Assembly (NCBI RefSeq): GCF_018977255.1 | Contig: NW_024705000.1 | Coordinates: 1-64,000 of the forward strand | DNA: 64,000 bases | Reading direction: 5' to 3' | Origin: Callorhinchus milii | Lineage: Eukaryota | Part shown: piece by piece, positions 12,030-24,108 of the stretch | How positions within the stretch are numbered: the first letter of the stretch is position 1 | Layout of the letters: the number at the start of each line of letters is the position of its first letter | The notes under the pieces: model-generated | Database searches by the model: none | Told to the model about the DNA's origin: nothing | What the model saw: the letters and a program-made list of their open reading frames with translations, nothing else | Program-made: the position numbers and the translations under genes

Positions 12030-15000
12030 TTATCTGAGTCGAACACAGAGCTGGAATGGCATTGGGCTGCGGGTGATCCCACATTTGGTGCGGGTGTAGC
12101 TGGGTTTGGGCTCGTTCTCCGGCAGGAAGAATATGAATCGCTGGAGCAAGGAAGTGAAGAACAGGAAGAGTTCCATCTTCGCCATCTGCTCCCCCAGGCA
12201 CACACGAGGCCCTGTGGGGCGGGGGATTAACAGACAATCAATAAGTAACCTTTACCATTGCACGGCACCTTTCACATTAGGAAGATGTCTCAAAGCGCTT
12301 GTCAGAATATATTGTATGGTGTAGTGACTGTGTTATTTTATGAGTGAAACGTGGCAGTGAATTGTACACAGCAGTGTCCCCCAAACAGTCGTGGTGTAGT
12401 TGGAGTGAACCCACAACCTTCTGACACAGAGTCGAGAGCGCTACCGACTGAGCCGGGCTGACACCTTATTATCAAAGCAACATAAAGCCGCCATGTTGTA
12501 GCGCTCGCTCTCGTGCGCTGTGTTACCTGCAGAGAAGGGGATGAAGGCTTCCGGCTTCACAAGCCGCCCACTGTCGTCAAGGAAATGACCCGGATTAAAC
12601 TCGTGCGGCTTCGCCCAAAATTTGGGATCGTAGAGGGCGGAGGAGAGGTTTGGTATAACCATCGTTCCCTGTGGAAACAGAAACGTTAGCCCAGGAGGCG
12701 ACTGGAAAAACTTTACCTTCCGACATGAGAGGCGCTATATCATTGTAATGTCACCCAGAGCCACCTTTGGAATGGAGAACCCCATGATCTCTGTATCTCT
12801 GGACGTCTCGTGCGGCACTGAGTTTGGGACAATGCTTCCGAAGCGTTGGGTTTCGTGGATGACAGCGTTGGTGAACGCCATTGTCCCCTGGTCCCCCAGA
12901 GCCGGCTTCCTCTCCGTCCCGATCACTCGGTCAATCTCTTCCTGGACCTTCTCTGCAGAGGGGAAGAAAATTGGCCACTGATTACACATTTCACCAAAAC
13001 AGTCCGTTTATATTCCCCACAGTCTCCACCCGCTCCTCACCCTCTTCCACACCCTTCTACTCTCTTCTTCCTCATGTGTATCTGTACTATTTGCTTCACA
13101 TTCTCACTATCCTGAAGAAGTTCCTCCTAAATTCTCTTTTAGATCCCCAATGTGGTTGTCTTATATTCAGGTCCCTCTTGGTTACAGAACGCTCCAGAAA
13201 ACGGGAACGGCCCACTTGATAATTCCAACCCGAGCAAAGTCATTTACCTTTTTAAACTACTGATTCTAATCCTTGTTTTGCCCACAAAATGCACAGTCAC
13301 TCCACTTTCCAGTGTATCCTGTGAAGCTCTTTGAGATGCCTGGACGACGTGATAAGACGCTGTATCAAATGCAAGGATTATTATTATTATACCCCCCGGG
13401 AACACCACAGCCACAGAAGGGAACCTTACTCTGGATATCAGGGAATAAGACCATGAAGAGCAGCCCCCAGTGGAGGGTGGTGGAGGTGGTCTCGGTACCA
13501 GCCACAAACAGATCCAGGGACGTGTAGACCAGACTCTTCTCAGTGAAGCTCGTATTGGGAGAAGCCTTCATCTGCAGGTGAACTCAAGACAATCAGTGTG
13601 AGAAACACATTGGGAAGTGGTAGATTGTTGGGAAGCAGAGTATAAAGGATTCACTTAGCGCACCAGTGTTGGCGATTCAGAATCATTACAACCACAACAC
13701 CTATCAAATCTTCCGGTCAGTGTTACCTTCTCACACTCCACTAAGAAGGCGTCAATGAAGTCTCTTGGTTCGTTGGGATCCCAAACTTCCTTGTGCTCAG
13801 CAATTATTTCCTGGAGAAACTCAGCCACCTTCTTTTGGATCTCAGGGATTCTGCGATGAGGCCCAGGGAGGCCGTGAATAAAGGGGAACATGTTCACCAA
13901 CTGCAACAGACGGACAGACGGACAGACAGATAGACAGACAGGTGAAACCAACTGAGATGAATGGGGTGGTTGGTGAGTCAATGAGTGCTGGAAGCACTGA
14001 TCAAGGCTAATTGCATTTGGTATAGAGTCTTATCACTTTGGAAAGATGTCTCAAAGCTCTGCACAGGATACACTGTAAATTGCAGTGACTATATATTTTG
14101 TGGGTGAAACACGGCAGCACAATTGCGCACAGTAATGTCCCACAACCAGCCATGGAGTGGGTGACTAATTTTATTTGGGGGATTGTTGGCCAGGACACTG
14201 AGAGAGAGAAACTCCCTTCCATTTTTGAATCGTGCCGAGGGATCTTCAACATCCACCTGAACAGCAGACGGGACCTCGGCTTAACATCTCAGATAAAGGA
14301 CGACACCTCTGACAATGCAGCTCTCCCGCAGCGCTGTATGGAGTGGCAGCTTAGACCATGTGATTCCAAATCCCGACGTGGGGCTTGAACCCACAACCTT
14401 CTGAGTCAGAGGTGAGAGTGCTACCACTGAGCCAGCCTGACACATGGATACCAATCCAATATTGACACAATATTTAACAGTTTAACTTTGTTCACTACAA
14501 CAACTTATATTTACAGAGCACCATTCACGTGGGGTAGCGTCTCGGAGCGCTGTACAGTGGTATAGTTTTACTCCGAGCCCAGGGCGGTGGTGGTGGGTGG
14601 GGGGGAGTGATCACGGGCGCAGTTGGTAAGAAAGTCTTTAGGTTTGTTCTGAAGAGGAGGCGAGGCGGAGGACTCACTTGACTCTGCCTTACCTTAGCCC
14701 AAAATCCAGCTTCCAGAACCATAGACTCCTCAATTATCTCTAGTAGTTGAAGGAATTTTTTATCCTGGTAATCAAAACGATCCCCAAACATGAGGGAGCA
14801 GATGACATTGGAGGCAGCGTTGTTTATTCTCAAATGTGGATCAAAAGGGTGACCTAATAGAGGGAAACGGACAGCAGTGAAAAGTGCAATACAAATGTAA
14901 TCTTGTTGCTGTTGTTGTTCACACAATATACTGTAAAGTAAACTGACTGTATACATTGTCTGCAAAACTTGGCAGTCAATTGCGCTCAGCAGTGTCCCGT

Positions 15001-16466
15001 AAACAGTCATGGATTGAGCAACTAAAAGTCCAAAGTTACAGGGTAACGAGGAGGTGAATTCCCTGGTAATTTACTCACCAATCTCGGCTTCCAATTCGTT
15101 GTTTAAAAAGCTCGCCTCCTCCACGATTCGCAACTCCAGAGATTTCTTCCCCAGCCCAAAGTTCTTCAGCGTGGAGAGAGCAAACCTCCTGTGATCTCGC
15201 CACCACTGGCCGTACTTTGCTAAGACAATGCCTGTAAACAGCGTTGGGGAGGAACAGATTGGTTTTAATAATAATAATAATGATAATTGTTGCATATGAT
15301 ATAGTGTCTTATCACGTCATTGAGACGTCCCAGTTGGGCACAGCAGTGTTTAGTGTGGGGGGGTGGGGGTGGCAAAGCCTCTTGCCATGTGATAGTTACC
15401 TTGCCCAAAGGCACACAGGTATTTTTGGAAGACAGGAATGTTCGGTCGGTCGGACGTGTCTTCCGATTTCTTCACCAGACCGTCCTTGATGGTCTCATAG
15501 CCGTTGAGCACCACCACATCTGTCCACCCAAACTGCAGGCTGAATGTGTTGCCGTATTTTCCACGGAGCTTTGAATGAACAACAACAAAAACCAGATTTC
15601 CCCAGCGGCTTTCACAGAGGGACGTGATTAATAATACTATTAATATTGCTTTTGAAAGCAAATAATTAAGCTGGAAGAGTGAATAACCTTATTTCTCCCA
15701 GATTTGTTACCAGAGTACACTGACCTCTGTTGTAATATTGTTCTGTCCAAAGGTTACAATGGATGACCAGTTATTGACATGGGCGCTTCTCTCACACACT
15801 CTCCATAGTAAATAACACAGAGTTAAAAGGACGGAGAATGAGTCTGAACGTAATGAAAGGAACAGCCAGAAAGCTTATAAATTTGGAGTCAATGATTAGA
15901 TCAATGATGAGAGCACTTGCCTCGCAAACAAGAGACCTGGGTTTGATTCCTGGCTGGGCAACACCTTGGGTAAATTTCCTTACTCCACAGGTCTAATAAT
16001 AATCCCTCAAGGAAATGAATAAATAAAGTAACAAATTGGTCACTCAATCCACAACTGTTTGTGGGACGCTGCTGTGCGCAATTGGCTGCCGGGTTTCGCC
16101 CACAAAATATACAGTCAATTCACTTACAGTGTATTCTGTAAAGCCCTTTGAGACGTCGAGAAGACGTGAAAAGCAGTGTATCAAATGCAAGGATTATAAA
16201 TTAACCCAACACAGAGACAAAGAGACACTTAACCACAGAAAGGCCCAGCTCTTTACCTTTTCAAACGATGTGTAGGGGTTGTCGTTGCTGACATGAAAAA
16301 CACTCCCGATGAAGGGCAGCGTCCAGGGGCCCGGGGGATAGTTGATGCACTTTTGTCTCCTCTTCATGAAGTCAAAGACCAGAGCAAAGACTGTGCAGAA
16401 CACGGCCAGTAAAGTGACTCTGTCAAAGCCTGGGATCAGGAACTGAAGGACAGTCAGGAACTCCAT
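12030..16466 (-). CDS. CYP2D-like P450, copy C (506 aa)
   Basis: Exons 16466-16257, 15568-15400, 15231-15079, 14853-14693, 13900-13727, 13571-13430, 12952-12765, 12668-12527, 12211-12030. All GT-AG and the same sizes as copy B. Heme motif [10 protein letters not shown]. Confidence 0.95.
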
Positions 16467-16596
16467 GTTTCCCAGCGAGACTGGCTGTCTGACCATCTGA
16501 CCAGTCTGACAAGTCTGACCAACAACGCCCCCACCAGCCCAGCTCCACCGACGGCAGAGAACAAAACTCGTGGTAGGCGGGTCTTCCTAAGATTAG

Positions 16597-17515
16597 CTCA
16601 GGATTCATGTCCTCACACACTACCTGTCAGACACCAAGTCCTGGATGAGCGCCAACTTTCTACTGTTGAATGTCAGTAAAGCTGAGGCTCTCCTGATTTG
16701 CTTGTCCCAGTGTCTCCGCACCTCATGCACTGGCAGTATCAGCATCCAAGCATACACGCACCAACTCGCCAACCAGTCACGAACCTAGGCATCTTGTTCG
16801 ACGCTCAACTGTCCTTTCTCCCGCATATCCACGACCCTCTCTGCCTTCCTCCACCTCTGCAACATTGCCCGACACCGCCACAGCCTCACCCTCCAGGACG
16901 CTGAAACCCTCATACATGCCTTCATTACAACCAAACTCGACGATGCCAATGCCCTGCTCGTCGGTCTTCCCAACTCTTCCCTCCACAAGCTGTAGATCAT
17001 CCCGAACTCTGCAGGTCGTGTCCTCTCCCACACCAGGCTCCGTGACCCAATCACCCCCAGCCTCACCCGGCTCCACTGGCTTCCCATCCCTAAGAGAATT
17101 GAGTTCAAAATTCTCGTCCCCACCTTCAAGGCCCTCCATGTCCTTGCCCCTTCCTACCTCTCTGACCTGCTAATCCCTTATGAACCTGTCTGATCCCTCA
17201 GCTCAGCAGGCTCTGGCCTGCTCCGTGTCTCTGTCTGGCCCCACCCCACCATCGGCGGTCAGGCCTTCAGCCTCCCTGCCCCCACCCTCTGGAATTCCAT
17301 TCCACATTCCCTTCACCTCGCTCCCTCCCTTGCTTCCTTCCTTCAAGCCACACCTCAAGACTCTCCTCTTGGACTGTCCCTTTGGCCATCCTACTACCCT
17401 CCCTGCCCTCCCTCATTCCAACCACCCCTTCCCTTCCTCTCATGTCCTAATCCCTCACTGTTCAGCGCCTTGGGACGTCCTCCCGTCATGTAAGGCGCTT
17501 ATACAAATGTATTGT
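16597..17515 (+). mobile_element. L2 3' fragment (duplicate of 9890-10810)
   Basis: Near-identical to 9890-10810. Confidence 0.85.
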
Positions 17516-18732
17516 ATCATTGTGGTGGCTGACAATTCCCTGCGATTAAAACTGAAATCGTTTCCTTTGACCGCAGCTTGCGGGAAGGGTGGGGTGGGGT
17601 TGAGGTGGGGAGGACAACACAAGCAAATTGGCCGCCGCCGCGTTTTTCTACAAAACGCACAGTAAAAATCCTGTGATGCGCTTTGAGATGTCCTGCCGCG
17701 CCTTGGCTCCTTGTCAGACTCTGCCACCGTGAAGCGCTCTGGGACGCTATTCCTCTTAAAGGGCGCTATCTAAATGCAAGTTGTTGTCATCCCGGGGGTC
17801 TGATTGGACGCCTAGTTCTCTCTGGCATGAGGAAAACATGGTGGGTCTCTCCGGGGAGAGAGAGAGAGAATCTGCATTGAATTCCAACAATCTCTCTCTG
17901 GGGTTACCATGTGTAGGTGGGATGCATGGAATTCTCGGCTTGGTTTGGAGACTCTTAACAACAACAAGACTACATTTGTATAGCGCCTTTCACGTTAGGA
18001 GGACATCCCAAGGCACTGGACAGTGTACAGCATTTCAGACCTGAGGTGGGGTCAGGGGAGGGAGAAGGGAGGGGAGGGGGAGAGGGGGTGGCCGATGGCA
18101 TAGTCGAAGAGGAGGGTCTTGAGGCGAAACTTGATGGAGGATAAGGAGGGGGTGAGGCAGAGTGATGCGGGGATGGAGTAACCATGATGTGTGTCTCCAA
18201 ACGCCGTTCGCCACTGAGTGGCACTGAATTAAAAACAAGGAGCGATGTTTACTACAGTTTAAACAAAATAGTTAATACTTTTATTTCCAGATGTGTGAAA
18301 TTCGTTATTTCAGCCCATTTTATTACACGGACTTTGCTCTGTTTGCAGCGATTTATAGCAAAGGTCGATTCATAAATGATTCTGCAACGTCACCTGAAAT
18401 GACTCTTTCATCCTCCACAGTGACCAGGATTGGGTATTGTCAGCGTTACAGACGGGGTTTAACCATAAAGCAGATGAAATCACTCATTCACCACCAAATA
18501 CACAGTTCAGGACGCTTTACTGTAAAATCCCGTGAAGTGCTTTGAGACGTCCTCCCGACGTCAAACATAAGTGTTGTCATTATTTACCCGACGATGTTAA
18601 TCACTACGTCAGCCAGTCCTTCCGAATTCAACACACAACTACGTTAATCACAGGTCAGTGACAGGCTCTATCCTGTGTGACAGTCCGGGCTGTTAATAAT
18701 GCAGAACACAGCGATGAACAGGAGCTCCGAGT

Positions 18733-21700
18733 TTATCTGAGTCGAACACAGAGCTGGAATGGCATTGGGCTGCGGGTGATCCCACATTTGGTGCGGGTGT
18801 AGCTGGGTTTGGGCTCGTTCTCCGGCAGGAAGAATATGAATCGCTGGAGCAAGGAAGTGAAGAACAGGAAGAGTTCCATCTTCGCCATCTGCTCCCCCAG
18901 GCACACACGAGGCCCTGTGGGGCGGGGGATTAACAGACAATCAATAAGTAACCTTTACCATTGCACGGCACCTTTCACATTAGGAAGATGTCTCAAAGTA
19001 CTTCACAGAATATATTGTATGGTGTAGTGACGGAGTATATTATGAGTGAAACGTGGCAATGAATTGCACACAGCAGTGTCCCCTAAACAATCGTGGTGGT
19101 TGGAATGAACCCACAACCTTCTGACTCAGAGTCGAGAGCGCTACCGACTGAGCCTTATTATCAAAGCAACATAAAGCCGCCATGTTGTAGCGCTCGCTCT
19201 CACGCGCTGTGTTACCTGCAGAGAAGGGGATGAAGGCTTCCGGCTTCACAAGCCGCCCACTGTCGTCAAGGAAATGACCCGGATTAAACTCGTGCGGCTT
19301 CGCCCAAAATTTGGGATCGTAGAGGGCGGAGGAGAGGTTTGGTATAACCATCGTTCCCTGTAGAAACAGAAACGTTAGCCCAGGAGGCGACTGGAAAAAC
19401 TTTACCTTCCGACATGAGAGGCGCTATATCATTGTAATGTCATCCAGAGCCACCTTTGGAATGGAGAACCCCATGATCTCTGTATCTCTGGACGTCTCGT
19501 GCGGCACTGAGTTTGGGACAATGCTTCCGAAGCGTTGGGTTTCGTGGATGACAGCGTTGGTGAACGCCATTGTCTCCTGGTCCCCCAGAGCCGGCTTCCT
19601 CTCCGTCCCGATCACTCGGTCAATCTCTTCCTGGACCTTCTCTGCAGAGGGGAAGAAAATTGGCCACTGATTACACATTTCACCAAAACAGTCCGTTTAT
19701 ATTCCCCACAGTCTCCACCCGCTCCTCACCCTCTTCCACACCCTTCTACTCTCTTCTTCCTCATGTGTATCTGTACTATTTGCTTCACATTCTCACTACC
19801 CTGAAGAAGTTCCTCCTAAATTCTCTTTTAGATCCCCAATGTGGTTGTCTTATATTCAGGTCCCTCTTGGTTACAGAACGCTCCAGAAAACGGGAACGGC
19901 CCACTTGATAATTCCAACCCGAGCAAAGTCATTTACCTTTTTAAACTACTGATTCTAATCCTTGTTTTGCCCACAAAATGCACAGTCACTCCACTTTCCA
20001 GTGTATCCTGTGAAGCGCTTTGAGATGCCTGGACGACGTGATAAGACGCTGTATCAAATGCAAGGATTATTATTATTATACCCCCCGGAACACCACAGCC
20101 ACAGAAGGGAACCTTACTCTGGATATCAGGGAATAAGACCATGAAGAGCAGCCCCCAGTGGAGGGTGGTGGAGGTGGTCTCGGTACCAGCCACAAACAGA
20201 TCCAGGGACGTGTAGACCAGACTCTTCTCAGTGAAGCTCGTATTGGGAGAAGCCTTCATCTGCAGGTGAACTCAAGACAATCAGTGTGAGAAACACATTG
20301 GGAAGTGGTAGATTGTTGGGAAGCAGAGTATAAAGGATTCACTTAGCGCACCAGTGTTGGCGATTCAGAATCATTACAACCACAACACCTATCAAATCTT
20401 CCGGTCAGTGTTACCTTCTCACACTCCACTAAGAAGGCGTCAATGAAGTCTCTTGGTTCGTTGGGATCCCAAACTTCCTTGTGCTCAGCAATTATTTCCT
20501 GGAGAAACTCAGCCACCTTCTTTTGGATCTCAGGGATTCTGCGATGAGGCCCAGGGAGGCCGTAAATAAAGGGGAACATGTTCACCAACTGCAACAGACG
20601 GACAGACGGACAGACAGATAGACAGACAGGTGAAACCAACTGAGATGAATGGGGTGGTTGGTGAGTCAATGAGTGCTGGAAGCACTGGTCAAGGCTAATT
20701 GCATTTGGTATAGAGTCTTATCACTTTGGAAAGATGTCTCAAAGCTCTGCACAGGATACACTGTAAATTGCAGTGACTATATATTTTGTGGGTGAAACAC
20801 GGCAGCACAATTGCGCACAGTAATGTCCCACAACCAGCCATGGAGTGGGTGACTAATTTTATTTGGGGGATTGTTGGCCAGGACACTGAGAGAGAGAAAC
20901 TCCCTTCCATTTTTGAATCGTGCCGTGGGATCTTCAACATCCACCTGAACAGCAGACGGGACCTCGGCTTAACATCTCAGATAAAGGACGACACCTCTGA
21001 CAATGCAGCTCTCCCGCAGCGCTGTATGGAGTGGCAGCTTAGACCATGTGATTCCAAATCCCGACGTGGGGCTTGAACCCACAACCTTCTGAGTCAGAGG
21101 TGAGAGTGCTACCACTGAGCCAGCCTGACACATGGATACCAATCCAATATTGACACAATATTTTAACAGCTTAACTTTTGGTTCACTACAACAACTTATA
21201 TTTACAGAGCACCATTCACGTGGGGTAGCGTCTCGGAGCGCTGTACAGTGGTATAGTTTTACTCCGAGCCCAGGGCGGTGGTGGTGGGTGGGGGGGGAGT
21301 GATCATGGGCGCAGTTGGTAAGAAAGTCTTTAGGTTTGTTCTGAAGAGGAGGCGAGGCGGAGGACTCACTTGACTCTGCCTTACCTTAGCCCAAAATCCA
21401 TCGCTCAGAACCATAGACTCCTCAATTATCTCTAGTAGTTGAAGGAATTTTTTATCCTGGTAGTCGAAACGATCCCCAAACATGAGGGAGCAGATGACAT
21501 TGGAGGCAGCGTTGTTTATTCTCAAATGTGGATCAAAAGGGTGACCTAATAGAGGGAAACGGACAGCAGTGAAAAGTGCAATACAAATGTAATCTTGTTG
21601 CTGTTGTTGTTCACACAATATACTGTAAAGTAAACTGACTGTATACTTTGTCTGCAAAACTTGGCAGTCAATTGCGCTCAGCAGTGTCCCGTAAACAGTC

Positions 21701-23156
21701 ATGGATTGAGCAACTAAAAGTCCAAAGTTACAGGGTAACGAGGAGGTGAATTCCCTGGTAATTTACTCACCAATCTCGGCTTCCAATTCGTTGTTTAAAA
21801 AGCTCGCCTCCTCCACGATTCGCAACTCCAGAGATTTCTTCCCCAGCCCAAAGTTCTTCAGCGTGGAGAGAGCAAACCTCCTGTGATCTCGCCACCACTG
21901 GCCGTACTTTGCTAAGACAATGCCTGTAAACAGCGTTGGGGAGGAACAGATTGGTTTTAATAATAATAATAATCATGATAATTGTTGCATGTGATATAGC
22001 GTCTTATCACGTCATTGAGACGTCCCAGTTGGGCACAGCAGTGTTTAGTGTGGGGGGGTGGGGGTGGCAAAGCCTCTTGCCATGTGATAGTTACCTTGCC
22101 CAAAGGCACACAGGTATTTTTGGTGGATGGGAATGTACGGTCGGTCGGACGTGTCTTCCGATTTCTTCACCAGACCATCCTTGATGGTCTCGTAGCCGTT
22201 GAGCACCACCACATCTGTCCACCCAAACTGCAGGCTGAATGTGTTGCCGTATTTTCCACGGAGCTTTGAATGAACAACAAACCAGGTTTACACAGCGGCT
22301 TTCACAGAGGGACGTGATGAATAATACTATTAATATTACTGTTGAAAGCAAATAATTAAGCTTGAACTGTGAGCAACCTTATATCTCCCACATCTGTTAC
22401 CAGAGTACACTGACCTCTGTTGTAATATTGTTCTGTCCAAAGGTTACAATGGATGACCAGTTATTGACATGGGCGCTTCTCTCACACACTCTCCACAGTA
22501 AATAACACAGAATTAAAAGGACGGAGAATCAGATTGAACGGAATGAAAAGAACAGCCAGAAATCCTAAAAATGTGGAGTCAATGATTAGATCAATGATGA
22601 GAGCACTTGCCTCGCAAACAAGAGACCTGGGTTTGATTCCTGGCTGGGCAACACCTTGGGTAAATTTCCTTACTCCACAGGTCTGATAATAATCCCTCAA
22701 GGAAATGAATAAATAAAGTAACAAATTGGTCACTCAATCCTCAACTGTTTGTGGGACGCTGCTGTGCGCAATTGGCTGCCGGGTTTCGCCCACAAAATAT
22801 ACAGTCAATTCACTTACAGTATATTCTGTAAAACCCTTTGAGACGTCGAGAAGACGTGAAAAGCAGTGTATCAAATGCAAGGATTAAAAATTAACCCAAC
22901 ACAGAGACAAAGAGACACTTAACCACAGAAAGGCCCAGCTCTTTACCTTTTCAAACGATGTGTAGGGGTTGTTGTTGCTGACATGAAAAACACTCCCGAT
23001 GAAGGGCAGCGTCCAGGGGCCCGGGGGATAGTTGATGCACTTTTGTCTCCTCTTCAAGAAGTCAAAGACCAGAGCAAAGACTGTGCAGAACACGGCCAGT
23101 AAAGTGACTCTGTCAAAGCCTGGGATCAGGAACTGAAGGACAGTCAGGAACTCCAT
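18733..23156 (-). CDS. CYP2D-like P450, copy D (506 aa)
   Basis: Exons 23156-22947, 22263-22095, 21923-21771, 21545-21385, 20588-20415, 20259-20118, 19641-19454, 19357-19216, 18914-18733. Splice sites and motifs intact. Confidence 0.95.
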
Positions 23157-24108
23157 GTTTCCCAGTGAGACTGGCTGTCTGACCAGTCTGACAAGTCTGA
23201 CTAACAACGCCCCCACCAGCCCAGCTCCACCGACGGCAGAGAACAAAACTCATGGCAGGCGGGACTTCCTAAGATTAGGCATCTTGTTCGATGCTCAACT
23301 GTCCTTTCCCCCGCATATCCGTGCCACAACCCTCTCTGCCTTCCTCCACCTCCGCAACATTGCCCGACACCGCCACAGCCTCACCCACCAGGACGCTGAA
23401 AACCTCATACACGCCTTCAATTCCAACAATCTCTCTCTGGGGTTACCATGTGTAGGTGGGATGCATGGAATTCTCGGCTTGGTTTGGAGACTCTTAACAA
23501 CAACAAGACTACATTTGTATAGCGCCTTTCACGTTAGGAGGACGTCCCAAGGCACTGGACAGTGTACAGCATTTCAGACCTGAGGTGGGGTCAGGGGAGG
23601 GAGAAGGGAGGGGAGGGGGAGAGGGGGTGGCCGATGGCATAGTCGAAGAGGAGGGTCTTGAGGCGAGACTTGATGGAGGATAAGGAGGGGGTGAGGCAGA
23701 GTGATGCGGGGATGGAGTAACCATGGTGTGTGTCTCCAAACGCCGTTCGCCACTGAGTGGCACTGAATTAAAAACAAGGAGCGATGTTTACTACAGTTTA
23801 AACAAAATAGTTTATACTTTTATTTCCAGATGTGTGAAATTCGTTTTTTTCAGCCCATTTTATTACACGGACTTTGCTCTGTTTGCAGCGATTTATAGCA
23901 AAGGTCGATTCATAAATGATTCTGCAACTCCCGACGTCAAACATAAGTGTTGTCATTATTTACCTGACGATGTTAATCACTACGTCAGCCAGTCCTTCCG
24001 AATTCAACACACAACTACGTTAATCACAGGTCAGTGACAGGCTCTATCCTGTGTGACAGTCCAGGCTGTTAATAATGCAGAACACAGCGATGAACAGGAG
24101 CTCCGAGT

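Larger units (their letters stand above)
6060..22300. repeat. ~6.7-kb tandem segmental duplication units (CYP copies B, C, D)
   Basis: Near-identical introns and intergenic DNA at offsets 6707 (ATG 9759 vs 16466) and 6703 (stop 12030 vs 18733). Confidence 0.92.
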
